DNA of 32,000 bases from Candidatus Kuenenia stuttgartensis (GTDB lineage Bacteria > Planctomycetota > Brocadiia > Brocadiales > Brocadiaceae), in contig NZ_LT934425.1 in NCBI RefSeq assembly GCF_900232105.1, positions 750,001 through 782,000 of the forward strand, read 5' to 3'. A model generated the notes under the pieces. It worked only from the letters and a program-made list of their open reading frames with translations. It searched no databases and was not told the DNA's origin. How positions within the stretch are numbered: position 1 is the stretch's first letter; each line of letters begins with the position of its first letter. Both the position numbers and the translations under genes were made by a program. Below, piece after piece: positions 8,398-16,019 of the stretch.

Positions 8398-9393
8398 ATG
8401 ATTCTTCGAGACCCTTTATTACTACTGTTACTGGTTATTATTCCCTTTCTGTTGTATGTTTATTTCCGGCAAAAGGGAACACATCCGCTGATTTTTTCTT
8501 CAATAAGAAATCTAAAAAAATTAAAACCTTCACTTGCACAAAGGTATCGCCACATCATTGTTGTTTTACGCTCGCTGGCTATTGCATTATGTATTATTGC
8601 ATTAGCGCGTCCGCAGCAAGGCAATGAACAAACAAAGGTAAAGACAGAAGGGATAGACATTGTTCTCGCCGTGGACATTTCAGGAAGTATGCTGGCGGAA
8701 GATTTCGAGATGGACGGCAAACGCCAGAACCGTTTGTATGTGGTAAAGCAGGTGGTAAAGGATTTTATAAACAAACGCTCAACCGACCCTATCGGCCTGG
8801 TGGTATTTTCGGCTAATGCCTACACACAATGCCCTTTAACGCTCGACTATGGGATATTACTGCAGTTTTTGGAAAAAACAGAGATTGGGCTACTTGAAGA
8901 CGGCACAGCAATCGGCTCTGCGATTGCTTCCTCTGTAGACCGTTTGAGAAATACAAAAGCACAAAGCAAGGTGATTGTGCTTTTAACGGACGGCAGAAAT
9001 AATTCAGGGCAAATTGACCCTCTTACCGCAGCGGAACTTGCACAGGCATTTAATATTAAAATTTATACGATCGGGGCAGGGTCAAAGGGATTGGTCCCTT
9101 ATCCTGCAAGAGATTTATTTGGAAACAGGGTGATGAGACAGGTAAAGATAGATATTGATGATGAAAGCCTGGCGGAAATAGCAAATATTACCGGAGGCCG
9201 GTATTACCGGGCTACCGATACGGGGTCGCTCAAAGAAATTTACCAGCAAATAGATGCGCTCGAAAAAACAGAAACGGAAATAACCCATTACAAGGAATAC
9301 AAGGAATTGTTTCATTATTTTCTGCTTCCGGCATTTGGGTGTTTATTGATTGAATTGTGCCTGAAAAAAACAAAATTAAGGAAAATTCCTTAA
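8398..9393 (+). CDS. batA: vWA domain membrane protein, BatA-type
   Basis: N-terminal TM LLLLLLVIIPFLLYVYF, a second TM, a vWA domain with the MIDAS motif DISGSM...T..G, the LLTDGRNN block, and a C-terminal TM. Confidence 0.8.
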   Translation: MILRDPLLLLLLVIIPFLLYVYFRQKGTHPLIFSSIRNLKKLKPSLAQRYRHIIVVLRSLAIALCIIALARPQQGNEQTKVKTEGIDIVLAVDISGSMLAEDFEMDGKRQNRLYVVKQVVKDFINKRSTDPIGLVVFSANAYTQCPLTLDYGILLQFLEKTEIGLLEDGTAIGSAIASSVDRLRNTKAQSKVIVLLTDGRNNSGQIDPLTAAELAQAFNIKIYTIGAGSKGLVPYPARDLFGNRVMRQVKIDIDDESLAEIANITGGRYYRATDTGSLKEIYQQIDALEKTETEITHYKEYKELFHYFLLPAFGCLLIELCLKKTKLRKIP

Positions 9394-9462
9394 TAACTGT
9401 GCCTGTTTTTACACATACTACAGAAAACAAAACTATTATATCGGGAATACAATTTACCACAT

Positions 9463-10464
9463 ATGCAATACGGCAATCTTAATTACTTATACCTGCTTTT
9501 CATTGTACCTGTTCTGGCTATAGGGTATATACTCTTCTTTCAAAGAAGAATGAGAGATTTAAACCGGTTTGCCAGTCTCGATCTGTTGAAGATGGCAGGC
9601 TTTTCCCTTAGCAGAAAAAAACAATGGCTCAAGGCTGTTCTGATGATTATTGGAGTCCTCTTTCTTATCATCACACTCATAGAGCCCAAATGGGGATATC
9701 ATTGGGAAGAGGTGGAAAAAAAGGGCATTGATATTATGATTGCGGTTGATACTTCCCGAAGTATGCTGGCAGATGATGTAAAACCAAACCGCCTGGAAGT
9801 CGCAAAACGGGAAATTGAAGACCTGTTGAAAATACTGGAAGGCGACCGTGTCGGGTTGATTGCATTTGCGGGTAGGGCGTTTACTTATTGTCCACTCACC
9901 TCTGATTATAGCGCATTCCGGCTTTTTTTGAATGATTTGAATGTAAACATTATCCCCGTAGGCGGGACTGCAATAGCCGAGGCGATTTATAAGGGCATCG
10001 ACGCCTTTGGCGAAAACGAGAACAACCATAAAGCAATGATAATAATTACCGATGGGGAAAACCACGAAACCGATCCATTAAAAGCGGCAAGTAAAGCAAA
10101 AGAAAAGGGGATAGTCATCTATACGGTCGGCGTTGGCAAAAAAGAAGGGTCGTACATCAAAATCATTGATGAACAGGGAAAAGAGACTTTATTAAAAGAC
10201 GCACATGGGCAGGTAGTAAAATCAAGGCTGGACGAAATAACCCTGAATAAAATAGCGCTTGAAACAGGCGGACTTTATACACCCGCATATGGTACTAAAT
10301 GGGGACTGGCGAAGATTTATAATGAAAGCTTCGCACAAATAGAAGGGTCTGTTTACAAGACACAAAGGGTTAAAAAATATGTAAACCGGTTTCAGATCCC
10401 CCTTTTCTTTGCCATTATTTTCATATGCCTCGAATGTTTTGTGAAAGAAACGAAATACTCTTGA
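9463..10464 (+). CDS. batB: vWA domain membrane protein, BatB-type
   Basis: N-terminal TM YLYLLFIVPVLAIGYILFF, a vWA domain with the MIDAS motif DTSRSM, the IIITDGENHE block, and a C-terminal TM. Confidence 0.8.
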   Translation: MQYGNLNYLYLLFIVPVLAIGYILFFQRRMRDLNRFASLDLLKMAGFSLSRKKQWLKAVLMIIGVLFLIITLIEPKWGYHWEEVEKKGIDIMIAVDTSRSMLADDVKPNRLEVAKREIEDLLKILEGDRVGLIAFAGRAFTYCPLTSDYSAFRLFLNDLNVNIIPVGGTAIAEAIYKGIDAFGENENNHKAMIIITDGENHETDPLKAASKAKEKGIVIYTVGVGKKEGSYIKIIDEQGKETLLKDAHGQVVKSRLDEITLNKIALETGGLYTPAYGTKWGLAKIYNESFAQIEGSVYKTQRVKKYVNRFQIPLFFAIIFICLECFVKETKYS

Positions 10465-10480
10465 GAGAAAAAAGGATTCT

Positions 10481-11362
10481 ATGACGAATGTGCTGCCTTT
10501 CATTATAAGCGGTTGGTTGTTTCTCGGCTGGATAGACCCCTTTGCCGATCAGGTCCGGCAGGGAAATGAACTCTATAAAAACGGAAATTATGACCAAGCC
10601 CTGGAAAAATATCTTAACGTACAGGTAGATTCCCCAGATGTTCCGCAATTGAGTTTTAATGTTGCTGATACGCAATACAAGCGGGGTAAATACGATGAAG
10701 CACTTAAATCATTTGAGAAGGTGCTGAAAACGGGAACCCCGGAAATGCAGGCGAAAACCAGTTTTAACATAGGAAACACACTCTATAAGCAGGGGAAGAT
10801 GGGCGAGGCATTAGACTGGTATAAAAAAACGGTTGATATTATTGATGAAATAGCACCAAAAAAAGGCGGTGAACTTGAACAATTAAAAAACGATGCAATG
10901 TATAATCATGAATTTGTCGAAAAAAAATTAGAGGAACAGCAACAACAGGGGCAGGATAATCAACAGGAACAGGAACAAGAACATAAACAAAGTGAACAGG
11001 AACAGCAAAATGACCAGAACGAAGGCGATGATCAATCTGCTGAAAATAAAGAACAAGAGGGTAAGGAACAAGAACCGGATGGAGGTAACCAGCCATCCGA
11101 AGATAAGCAGGAAGAAGATTTAAACAAGGAGAATGAACAACCTTCTCACGCGAATGAAGAGCAGCAGCAGCAGCAGCAGCAGAAAGATAAACCTCCTACA
11201 CAGCAGCAGGATGCGCAAACCCAGGAAGAGGGAAATCGACAAATGTCGAAAGAAGAAGCGGAGCGTATTCTTGATGCGTTGAATCAGGTTGAAAAAGAGG
11301 CGAGACCAGTAAACAGAGAAAAACAACACCAGCCACACAGGTCGGTAGAAAAAGACTGGTAA
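10481..11362 (+). CDS. batC: TPR-repeat protein with Q/E-rich disordered tail, BatC-type
   Basis: N-terminal TM, TPR-like repeats (GNELYKNGNYDQALEKY; YKRGKYDEALKSFEKV; YKQGKMGEALDWYKK), then about 130 aa of Q/E/N/D-rich low complexity including (CAG)7 at 11162-11182. Confidence 0.7.
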   Translation: MTNVLPFIISGWLFLGWIDPFADQVRQGNELYKNGNYDQALEKYLNVQVDSPDVPQLSFNVADTQYKRGKYDEALKSFEKVLKTGTPEMQAKTSFNIGNTLYKQGKMGEALDWYKKTVDIIDEIAPKKGGELEQLKNDAMYNHEFVEKKLEEQQQQGQDNQQEQEQEHKQSEQEQQNDQNEGDDQSAENKEQEGKEQEPDGGNQPSEDKQEEDLNKENEQPSHANEEQQQQQQQKDKPPTQQQDAQTQEEGNRQMSKEEAERILDALNQVEKEARPVNREKQHQPHRSVEKDW

Positions 11363-11435
11363 TTCCTAAGCTGGTAAAGCCGGAACCAAAAAAGTACTAA
11401 TACATCGTTTCGTTAAAATGTGTACTTAAAAAAAT

Positions 11436-11515
11436 GTCATTGCGAGGAGTGGAGCGACTAAGCAATCTCTTGTTCCTAAAAGACTTAAGATTGCTTCGCT
11501 GTCGCTCGCAATGAC
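11436..11515. repeat. imperfect palindromic repeat (GTCATTGCGAG...CTCGCAATGAC type)
   Basis: Arms GTCATTGCGAG/CTCGCAATGAC (11 bp perfect), AGCGAC/GTCGCT and AAGCAATCT/AGATTGCTT form an extended interrupted hairpin. Confidence 0.7.
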
Positions 11516-11570
11516 GGTATCAATGTAGATATTTTAATTAAACATTATACTAGATAAAAAATATGAAGCA

Positions 11571-11689
11571 CGAAATACGAAACAAATTCTAAATTTCAAT
11601 TCCACCCCCTGCACCCCCGCCAGCAGGGGACATTTTCCCCTTTTGGAGGGGGTTGAGAGGGAGGATTTTAGAATTTGTTTCGCATTTCG
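11571..11689. repeat. MITE-like element with 23-bp terminal inverted repeats and a GC-rich core
   Basis: The left arm CGAAATACGAAACAAATTCTAAA (11571-11593) matches the reverse complement of TTTAGAATTTGTTTCGCATTTCG (11667-11689) at 22 of 23 positions. The core contains a CCCCTGC..GCAGGGG hairpin. No coding capacity. Confidence 0.7.
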
Positions 11690-11821
11690 GATTTTACCAT
11701 TAAATGTTTTGCCAAAAAGCACGCACTGACGAATGGAAGTGTGCAAAGAAATTACTGATAAGGTGCTAATTCAGAGTGGAGCGGTAAATAGGAATTTATT
11801 TGGTATAGGAAATATTTTAAA

Positions 11822-13663
11822 ATGAAGAAACTTACAGGCTTTGTTTGGCTTTTTATGTTACTGGCAATTATTTTCGGAGGCATGGAAAAGGTATATGCCT
11901 CGGAGATTGGTTTAACCGTCACGGTAGATAAAAACATATTAACATTGGACGATAAGTTGAAACTCACATTGACCGTCTACGGCGCACAGGATGTATCTCA
12001 GCCAACATTCCCGGAAATAGAAGGCTTTAGCGTGTTGTATGGACCTCAAATTACCGCACAGACGCGAATAATCAACGGGGAGGTATCGATAAGCAAGGGA
12101 TACACCTATATGTTGCAACCCGTTGCAAAGGGCAAATACACCATCGGCTCATCAACTCTGACGCACAACGGAAGGCAATATACCTCAAATCCGATAAATA
12201 TTGAAGTGATAGAATCAAAACCTTCCACAGGCACAAAAACGATTGATCTTGATAAGTTGGTTTTTGTGGAATTGTATACGGATAAAGATGCGGCATATTT
12301 ATATGAACAGGTAACCCTTTACTTCCGGCTCTATTTCCAGAAAGGATTGCCGGTTGCTGATATTGATTACACTGCGCCTGCTACAAGAAATTTTATGGAA
12401 GAAAAACTGGGTGACCAGCGCCAATATGAAGTAGTAAGGGATGGCATACTCTATAGTGTACTGGAACTGCGCACCGCGATATTTCCAATAGTGTCTGGAG
12501 AATTGGCAATAACGCCGGCAAAAGTAAAATGTAACTTAATTGTTCAGGAACAGAGGAATCGCAGGGGGACGCCGTTTGATGATTTTTTTAACGATTCATT
12601 TTTTGATGACTTTTTTGGCAGTGGACAAAGGAAATATCCCGTAGAAAGGACAACAAACCCTGTTCTCTTAAAAATAAAACCTTTGCCGGAAGACGGAAAA
12701 CCAAAGGAATTTAAAGGCGCCGTGGGAAATTTTAATATGGAAGCTTCCGTTAAAACATCCCGGGTAAGGATAGGAGACCCGATAACATTGTCTATTTCTG
12801 TATATGGAGACGGGTATATTCAGACCATAAATGAACCTGAGCTGGCATTCAATAATGACGAAGATTTTAAGGTTTATCCCGCAGAAGCAACTACACAAAT
12901 TACCAATAGAGAAGAAGTTCTTCGCGGCAGAAAAGTATTCAGCAAGGTAATTGAACCACAAAATACAGAGGTAAGAAACATCCCTGCAATCGTATTCAGC
13001 TATTTCGATCCTCGTGAAAATCAATATAAAACAATTACAAAAGAACCGATTCCTATCACGGTGGATTCATGGGAACAGGAAATACCCATTCAATTGGCAC
13101 ACTCTCTGGAAAAATCGCCGTCTTCCCGGCGGCAGGTACAGTTGCTAACACAGGATATCCTCCCCATCATGACCAATCTTTCTTCTTTGAAGAATCAGGG
13201 AAATCCTCTCTATAAAAACCCCTTCATCGTAGGAGGCCTTTTTCTTCCCGCTATTGCCCTGGCAACCACTTTTTTTGTTGTACGGCATAAAGACCGTCTT
13301 CAAACGGATATCGGTTATGCGAGAAACAGAAGGGCACGTTCCGTGGCAAACAAAAGACTCACCCTTGCGCAATCTGCGCTTTTTGGGGATTCATCCCCCA
13401 TGTTTTATGCATACCTTTCCAGGGGAATTACCGAATACCTTGCGGATAAATTCAATATTCCCGCCGCAAGCGCGTCGGGTGGAAAAGTGGAGGAATTGCT
13501 GCGAAATAACAGAGTTTCGGATGACGTCATTGCTGAAGTAGCCCAATGCCTGTCTGATTTTGATTACCGCAGGTTTTCCAGCGACGCCGGCACGATAAAT
13601 GAGAGGGAAAACTCTTTAAAGGTTGCAGCGCAGCTCATTACAAAATTGGAGAAACAACTATGA
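11822..13663 (+). CDS. batD: BatD-type oxygen-tolerance family protein
   Basis: Signal peptide LFMLLAIIFGGMEKVYA, repeated Ig-like modules (VTVDKNILTLDDKLKLTLTV; LELRTAIFPIVSGELAITPAKV; RIGDPITLSISVYGDG), one TM helix near residue 480 and a cytoplasmic helical tail. This is the layout I associate with BatD (PF13584). Confidence 0.7.
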   Translation: MKKLTGFVWLFMLLAIIFGGMEKVYASEIGLTVTVDKNILTLDDKLKLTLTVYGAQDVSQPTFPEIEGFSVLYGPQITAQTRIINGEVSISKGYTYMLQPVAKGKYTIGSSTLTHNGRQYTSNPINIEVIESKPSTGTKTIDLDKLVFVELYTDKDAAYLYEQVTLYFRLYFQKGLPVADIDYTAPATRNFMEEKLGDQRQYEVVRDGILYSVLELRTAIFPIVSGELAITPAKVKCNLIVQEQRNRRGTPFDDFFNDSFFDDFFGSGQRKYPVERTTNPVLLKIKPLPEDGKPKEFKGAVGNFNMEASVKTSRVRIGDPITLSISVYGDGYIQTINEPELAFNNDEDFKVYPAEATTQITNREEVLRGRKVFSKVIEPQNTEVRNIPAIVFSYFDPRENQYKTITKEPIPITVDSWEQEIPIQLAHSLEKSPSSRRQVQLLTQDILPIMTNLSSLKNQGNPLYKNPFIVGGLFLPAIALATTFFVVRHKDRLQTDIGYARNRRARSVANKRLTLAQSALFGDSSPMFYAYLSRGITEYLADKFNIPAASASGGKVEELLRNNRVSDDVIAEVAQCLSDFDYRRFSSDAGTINERENSLKVAAQLITKLEKQL

Positions 13664-14529
13664 TTCGAACACAATTCCAAATATTCATTTTTGTTATACT
13701 GTTTATTTTCGGAGGGGTGGCATTTGCAGATGCCCTTTTGAAGGATGAGGTGATAAAAATGTTTACCGCTGCAAACGAAGACCATTTGCAGGCCATGAAG
13801 CTCATAGCGGAAAAGAAACTTCCGGAAGCAAATAAAAAACTCGAAGAAGCCGCGCTACAGTATGAGATAATCCTTTCCAAAGGTTTTCGGCACGGCCAGA
13901 TTCACTATAACCTCGGAAATACTTACTATCGTTTGGGAGAAGTGGGCAAAGCAATTTTAAACTATCGAAAAGCCGAGAGGTTGATGCCGGGAAACGCAGA
14001 GATTAAAGCAAACCTGAGACTGGCAAAAAACTCCATCGAAGACAAAGAGGTTATTCATGAGACGCCGGCAGTCATTCAACGGATATTTTTCTGGTTTTTC
14101 CTCTTGAATCAGAGTGGACTCGCGGTCTTTTCGGTATTAATTTATGTAATGACCATGTTGTTACTTATTGCGTTGGTGATTTTAAAATATAGATGGTTGA
14201 AACGTCTTATCGTAGGCTTCGCGGTTGGATTGCTGATCGCTGTTGTATCGCTGGGAATAAAAATGTACGTGGAACGGGGCATTGATCACGGAGTGATAAT
14301 AGCAAAAAATTGTTTGGTGCGGTATGGTCCAGGGGAAGAATATGAAACGAAATATGAAATTCACGAAGGGGCGGAATGTGTCATTGAACAAGTAAAAGGG
14401 CAATGGTATAAGGTATATGTGCATGTAGGTATAAAACAGGGAGATCCCCTGCGGGCTGATGCTGATAAAAAAGAGGATAAGGAAATAAGAAGGGGCTGGC
14501 TGCACAAAGACGCCGTGGGCATCATTTAG
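13660..14529 (+). CDS. batE: TPR plus SH3b membrane protein, BatE-type
   Basis: ATGA overlap with batD. Signal/anchor, TPR (YNLGNTYYRLGEVGKAILNYRKAERL), three TM helices, and a C-terminal SH3_3-like segment (VRYGPGEEYETKYEIHEGAECVIEQVKGQWYKV...GWLHKDAV). Confidence 0.7.
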   Translation: MIRTQFQIFIFVILFIFGGVAFADALLKDEVIKMFTAANEDHLQAMKLIAEKKLPEANKKLEEAALQYEIILSKGFRHGQIHYNLGNTYYRLGEVGKAILNYRKAERLMPGNAEIKANLRLAKNSIEDKEVIHETPAVIQRIFFWFFLLNQSGLAVFSVLIYVMTMLLLIALVILKYRWLKRLIVGFAVGLLIAVVSLGIKMYVERGIDHGVIIAKNCLVRYGPGEEYETKYEIHEGAECVIEQVKGQWYKVYVHVGIKQGDPLRADADKKEDKEIRRGWLHKDAVGII

Positions 14530-14623
14530 TAGCGACGTGCCGGGTCTTCAGGCAGATAGAGATATGGGGGGTTAATAATCAGTGGATTTTAATCGTACAA
14601 AATCTGTGGTCACTGCAATTGTG

Positions 14624-14727
14624 AAAATCCAAAATACTAAACACGAAATCCGAAACAACTTCTAATGACAAAATGATTTGAAATTCTAAACGAGAGTATC
14701 TTTCGTATCTCGCTTTTCGTGCTTCAT
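14624..14727. repeat. second, diverged and inverted copy of the 11571-type element, lacking the GC-rich core
   Basis: Its reverse complement shares ordered blocks with 11563-11695: ATGAAGCACGAAA, TACGAAA, TTAGAATTTCAA, TTAGAAGTTGTTTCGGATTTCG, GGATTTT. Solo arm-like copies occur at 14805-14824 and 20292-20310. Confidence 0.55.
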
Positions 14728-14822
14728 ATTATTGCCTGCCTGTGCGTGATCTCATGCAGACAGGGATGTTTTGGATTTGTTTTGAATTTTATACTTTGTT
14801 ATTCGGATTTGTTTCGTATTTC

Positions 14823-14962
14823 GGGAGCATTCCCGATTTTTTGTAAGCGTTCATGGAGTTGGAGCAAAACAACCCTGACAGGGTTTGAAACCCTGTCAGG
14901 GTTAACACTACTGTACGTTTTATTAAAACAGGCGGAAGTCACAAAAAATCGGGAATGCACCC
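14823..14962. repeat. nested palindromic element (18-bp perfect outer inverted repeat around a 33-nt central palindrome)
   Basis: GCATTCCCGATTTTTTGT (14827-14844) is the exact reverse complement of ACAAAAAATCGGGAATGC (14941-14958), with 3 more flanking G:C pairs. At the centre is AACCCTGACAGGGTTTGAAACCCTGTCAGGGTT (14871-14903). Confidence 0.75.
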
Positions 14963-15043
14963 CGTATTTCGTATTTTTTATTTCTTGTTTGTTTGGTTCT
15001 TGGCTATGCCATCTCAGGAATTTTAACATTTTTGGAGTTTATA

Positions 15044-15166
15044 ATGGGCGGAATATACGGCAAATTAACGATTACCGCATTTATTTTATTTGTGGCAATC
15101 CAGGTCGGTTTTATTATCATGTGCGCAGCGTTTGGCAGAAGAAATAAAAATGTCTTAAAACCATAG
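15044..15166 (+). CDS. hypothetical 40-aa single-pass membrane peptide
   Basis: Not in the ORF track because it is under 60 aa. GGAG lies 6 nt upstream of the ATG. Product: MGGIYGKLTITAFILFVAIQVGFIIMCAAFGRRNKNVLKP, with one hydrophobic helix and a basic tail. No other support. Confidence 0.35.
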   Translation: MGGIYGKLTITAFILFVAIQVGFIIMCAAFGRRNKNVLKP

Positions 15167-15220
15167 AAATAGTAAAACGTAAGATAAAGTAAAAACGGCT
15201 GAATTATTTAGGGGATTTTT

Positions 15221-15458
15221 ATGAAGACAATTAATTTAAAAGCTCATTTTGATGGCAAAAAAATACTTTTAGATGAACCATTTGACATTGAACCAGATAC
15301 AAAACTCATCATAACTGTTTTGCCGAAGCACTTGGATGAAGAGCGGTAAGACTGGATGGTCATCTATACAAAGAGGCTTGCAACAGGCTTGTGGAAAAAA
15401 TGAGCCAGAATATTCTACGGATTTAATAAAATTGGAGGAGAAAAATGACAGAGATTGA
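15221..15458 (+). pseudogene. decayed small antitoxin-like gene (in-frame TAA plus +1 frameshift)
   Basis: ATG at 15221 with an AGGGGA Shine-Dalgarno. MKTINLKAHFDGKKILLDEPFDIEPDTKLIITVLPKHLDEER stops at TAA 15347-15349. The family-typical continuation (D)WSSIQRGLQQACGKNEPEYSTDLIKLEEKNDRD is readable only in the +1 frame from about 15357 to 15458. The sequence gacTGGATGGtca looks like a 4-nt insertion or duplication. Confidence 0.55.
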
Positions 15459-15864
15459 TAAGCAAGACGAAAGAATTGGTTTCATCTTTGGTGGTGAGAT
15501 TCCAGATGTCACGGAAGAATCTTTAGCGACATATCTGACCTACTTAAAGGAGCATATCGAATTGCCATGTGAGCTAACCGGCATCGAAGATTTTGATTGG
15601 GAAGAGTATTATGTGATTGGTCCAGGAGACCAAAAGGAGTATGAGAAGCTAAAAAAGACCAAACCCTCTTATACTGATAAGTACGATATGCTCTCGTTAG
15701 CAACTGAAGTAGATGAATGGGTGGGGATTTTGGTCAATTTGAAGCGAGTCTCAGATAAGAAGAAATTCACTTTACCATTAGCGGAGCTGAAAGCAACAGA
15801 TGAGAAATTGAAGAACTATCAGTTGCTGGATGATTATTCTGTCTGGTTTGTAAATAATCGATAG
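15445..15864 (+). CDS. acidic hypothetical protein (resembles the family databases label 'calcium-binding protein'; recalled, not verified)
   Basis: Strong GGAGGAG Shine-Dalgarno 5 nt upstream. The motifs GIEDFDWEEYYVIGPGD and FTLPLAELKATDEKLKNYQLLDDYSVWFVN resemble a widespread small acidic family. Confidence 0.6.
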   Translation: MTEIDKQDERIGFIFGGEIPDVTEESLATYLTYLKEHIELPCELTGIEDFDWEEYYVIGPGDQKEYEKLKKTKPSYTDKYDMLSLATEVDEWVGILVNLKRVSDKKKFTLPLAELKATDEKLKNYQLLDDYSVWFVNNR

Positions 15865-16019
15865 CAAAGCGGTAAACAGGTATTGGTGATTGTGTGGTGA
15901 ATCGCCGCATAACCGTTGCACACAGGTTGGGTCAAATGGGCAATTTTATCCTGTTTTTGCGATATGCATTCCCCACTTCAAAAAAATAGTACTGAATAGG
16001 GCATATGCTTCGCCCCTAC

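Noticed and set aside
10839-11338. Antisense ORFs 10839-11096 and 11120-11338
   Set aside because: They are the reverse frames of the Q/E-rich low-complexity tail of batC (poly-Leu/Val products). This is a compositional artefact.
13254-13541. 95-aa ORF in an alternative frame inside batD, plus the other short overlapping ORFs listed in the track within moxR, DUF58, batA/B, the kinase, DUF362, and pstA/B/C/S
   Set aside because: All are nested in or antisense to longer ORFs with clear family signatures. They lack Shine-Dalgarno sequences and recognisable motifs.
14719-15147. 142-aa ORF in the track downstream of batE
   Set aside because: It runs straight through the dispersed palindromic repeats. 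The peptide stretches TLTGFETLSGL and FRISGAFPIF are translations of repeat DNA. It has no Shine-Dalgarno and a Cys/Phe-rich junk composition. A shorter Shine-Dalgarno-preceded ORF in another frame (15044-15166) is more credible.
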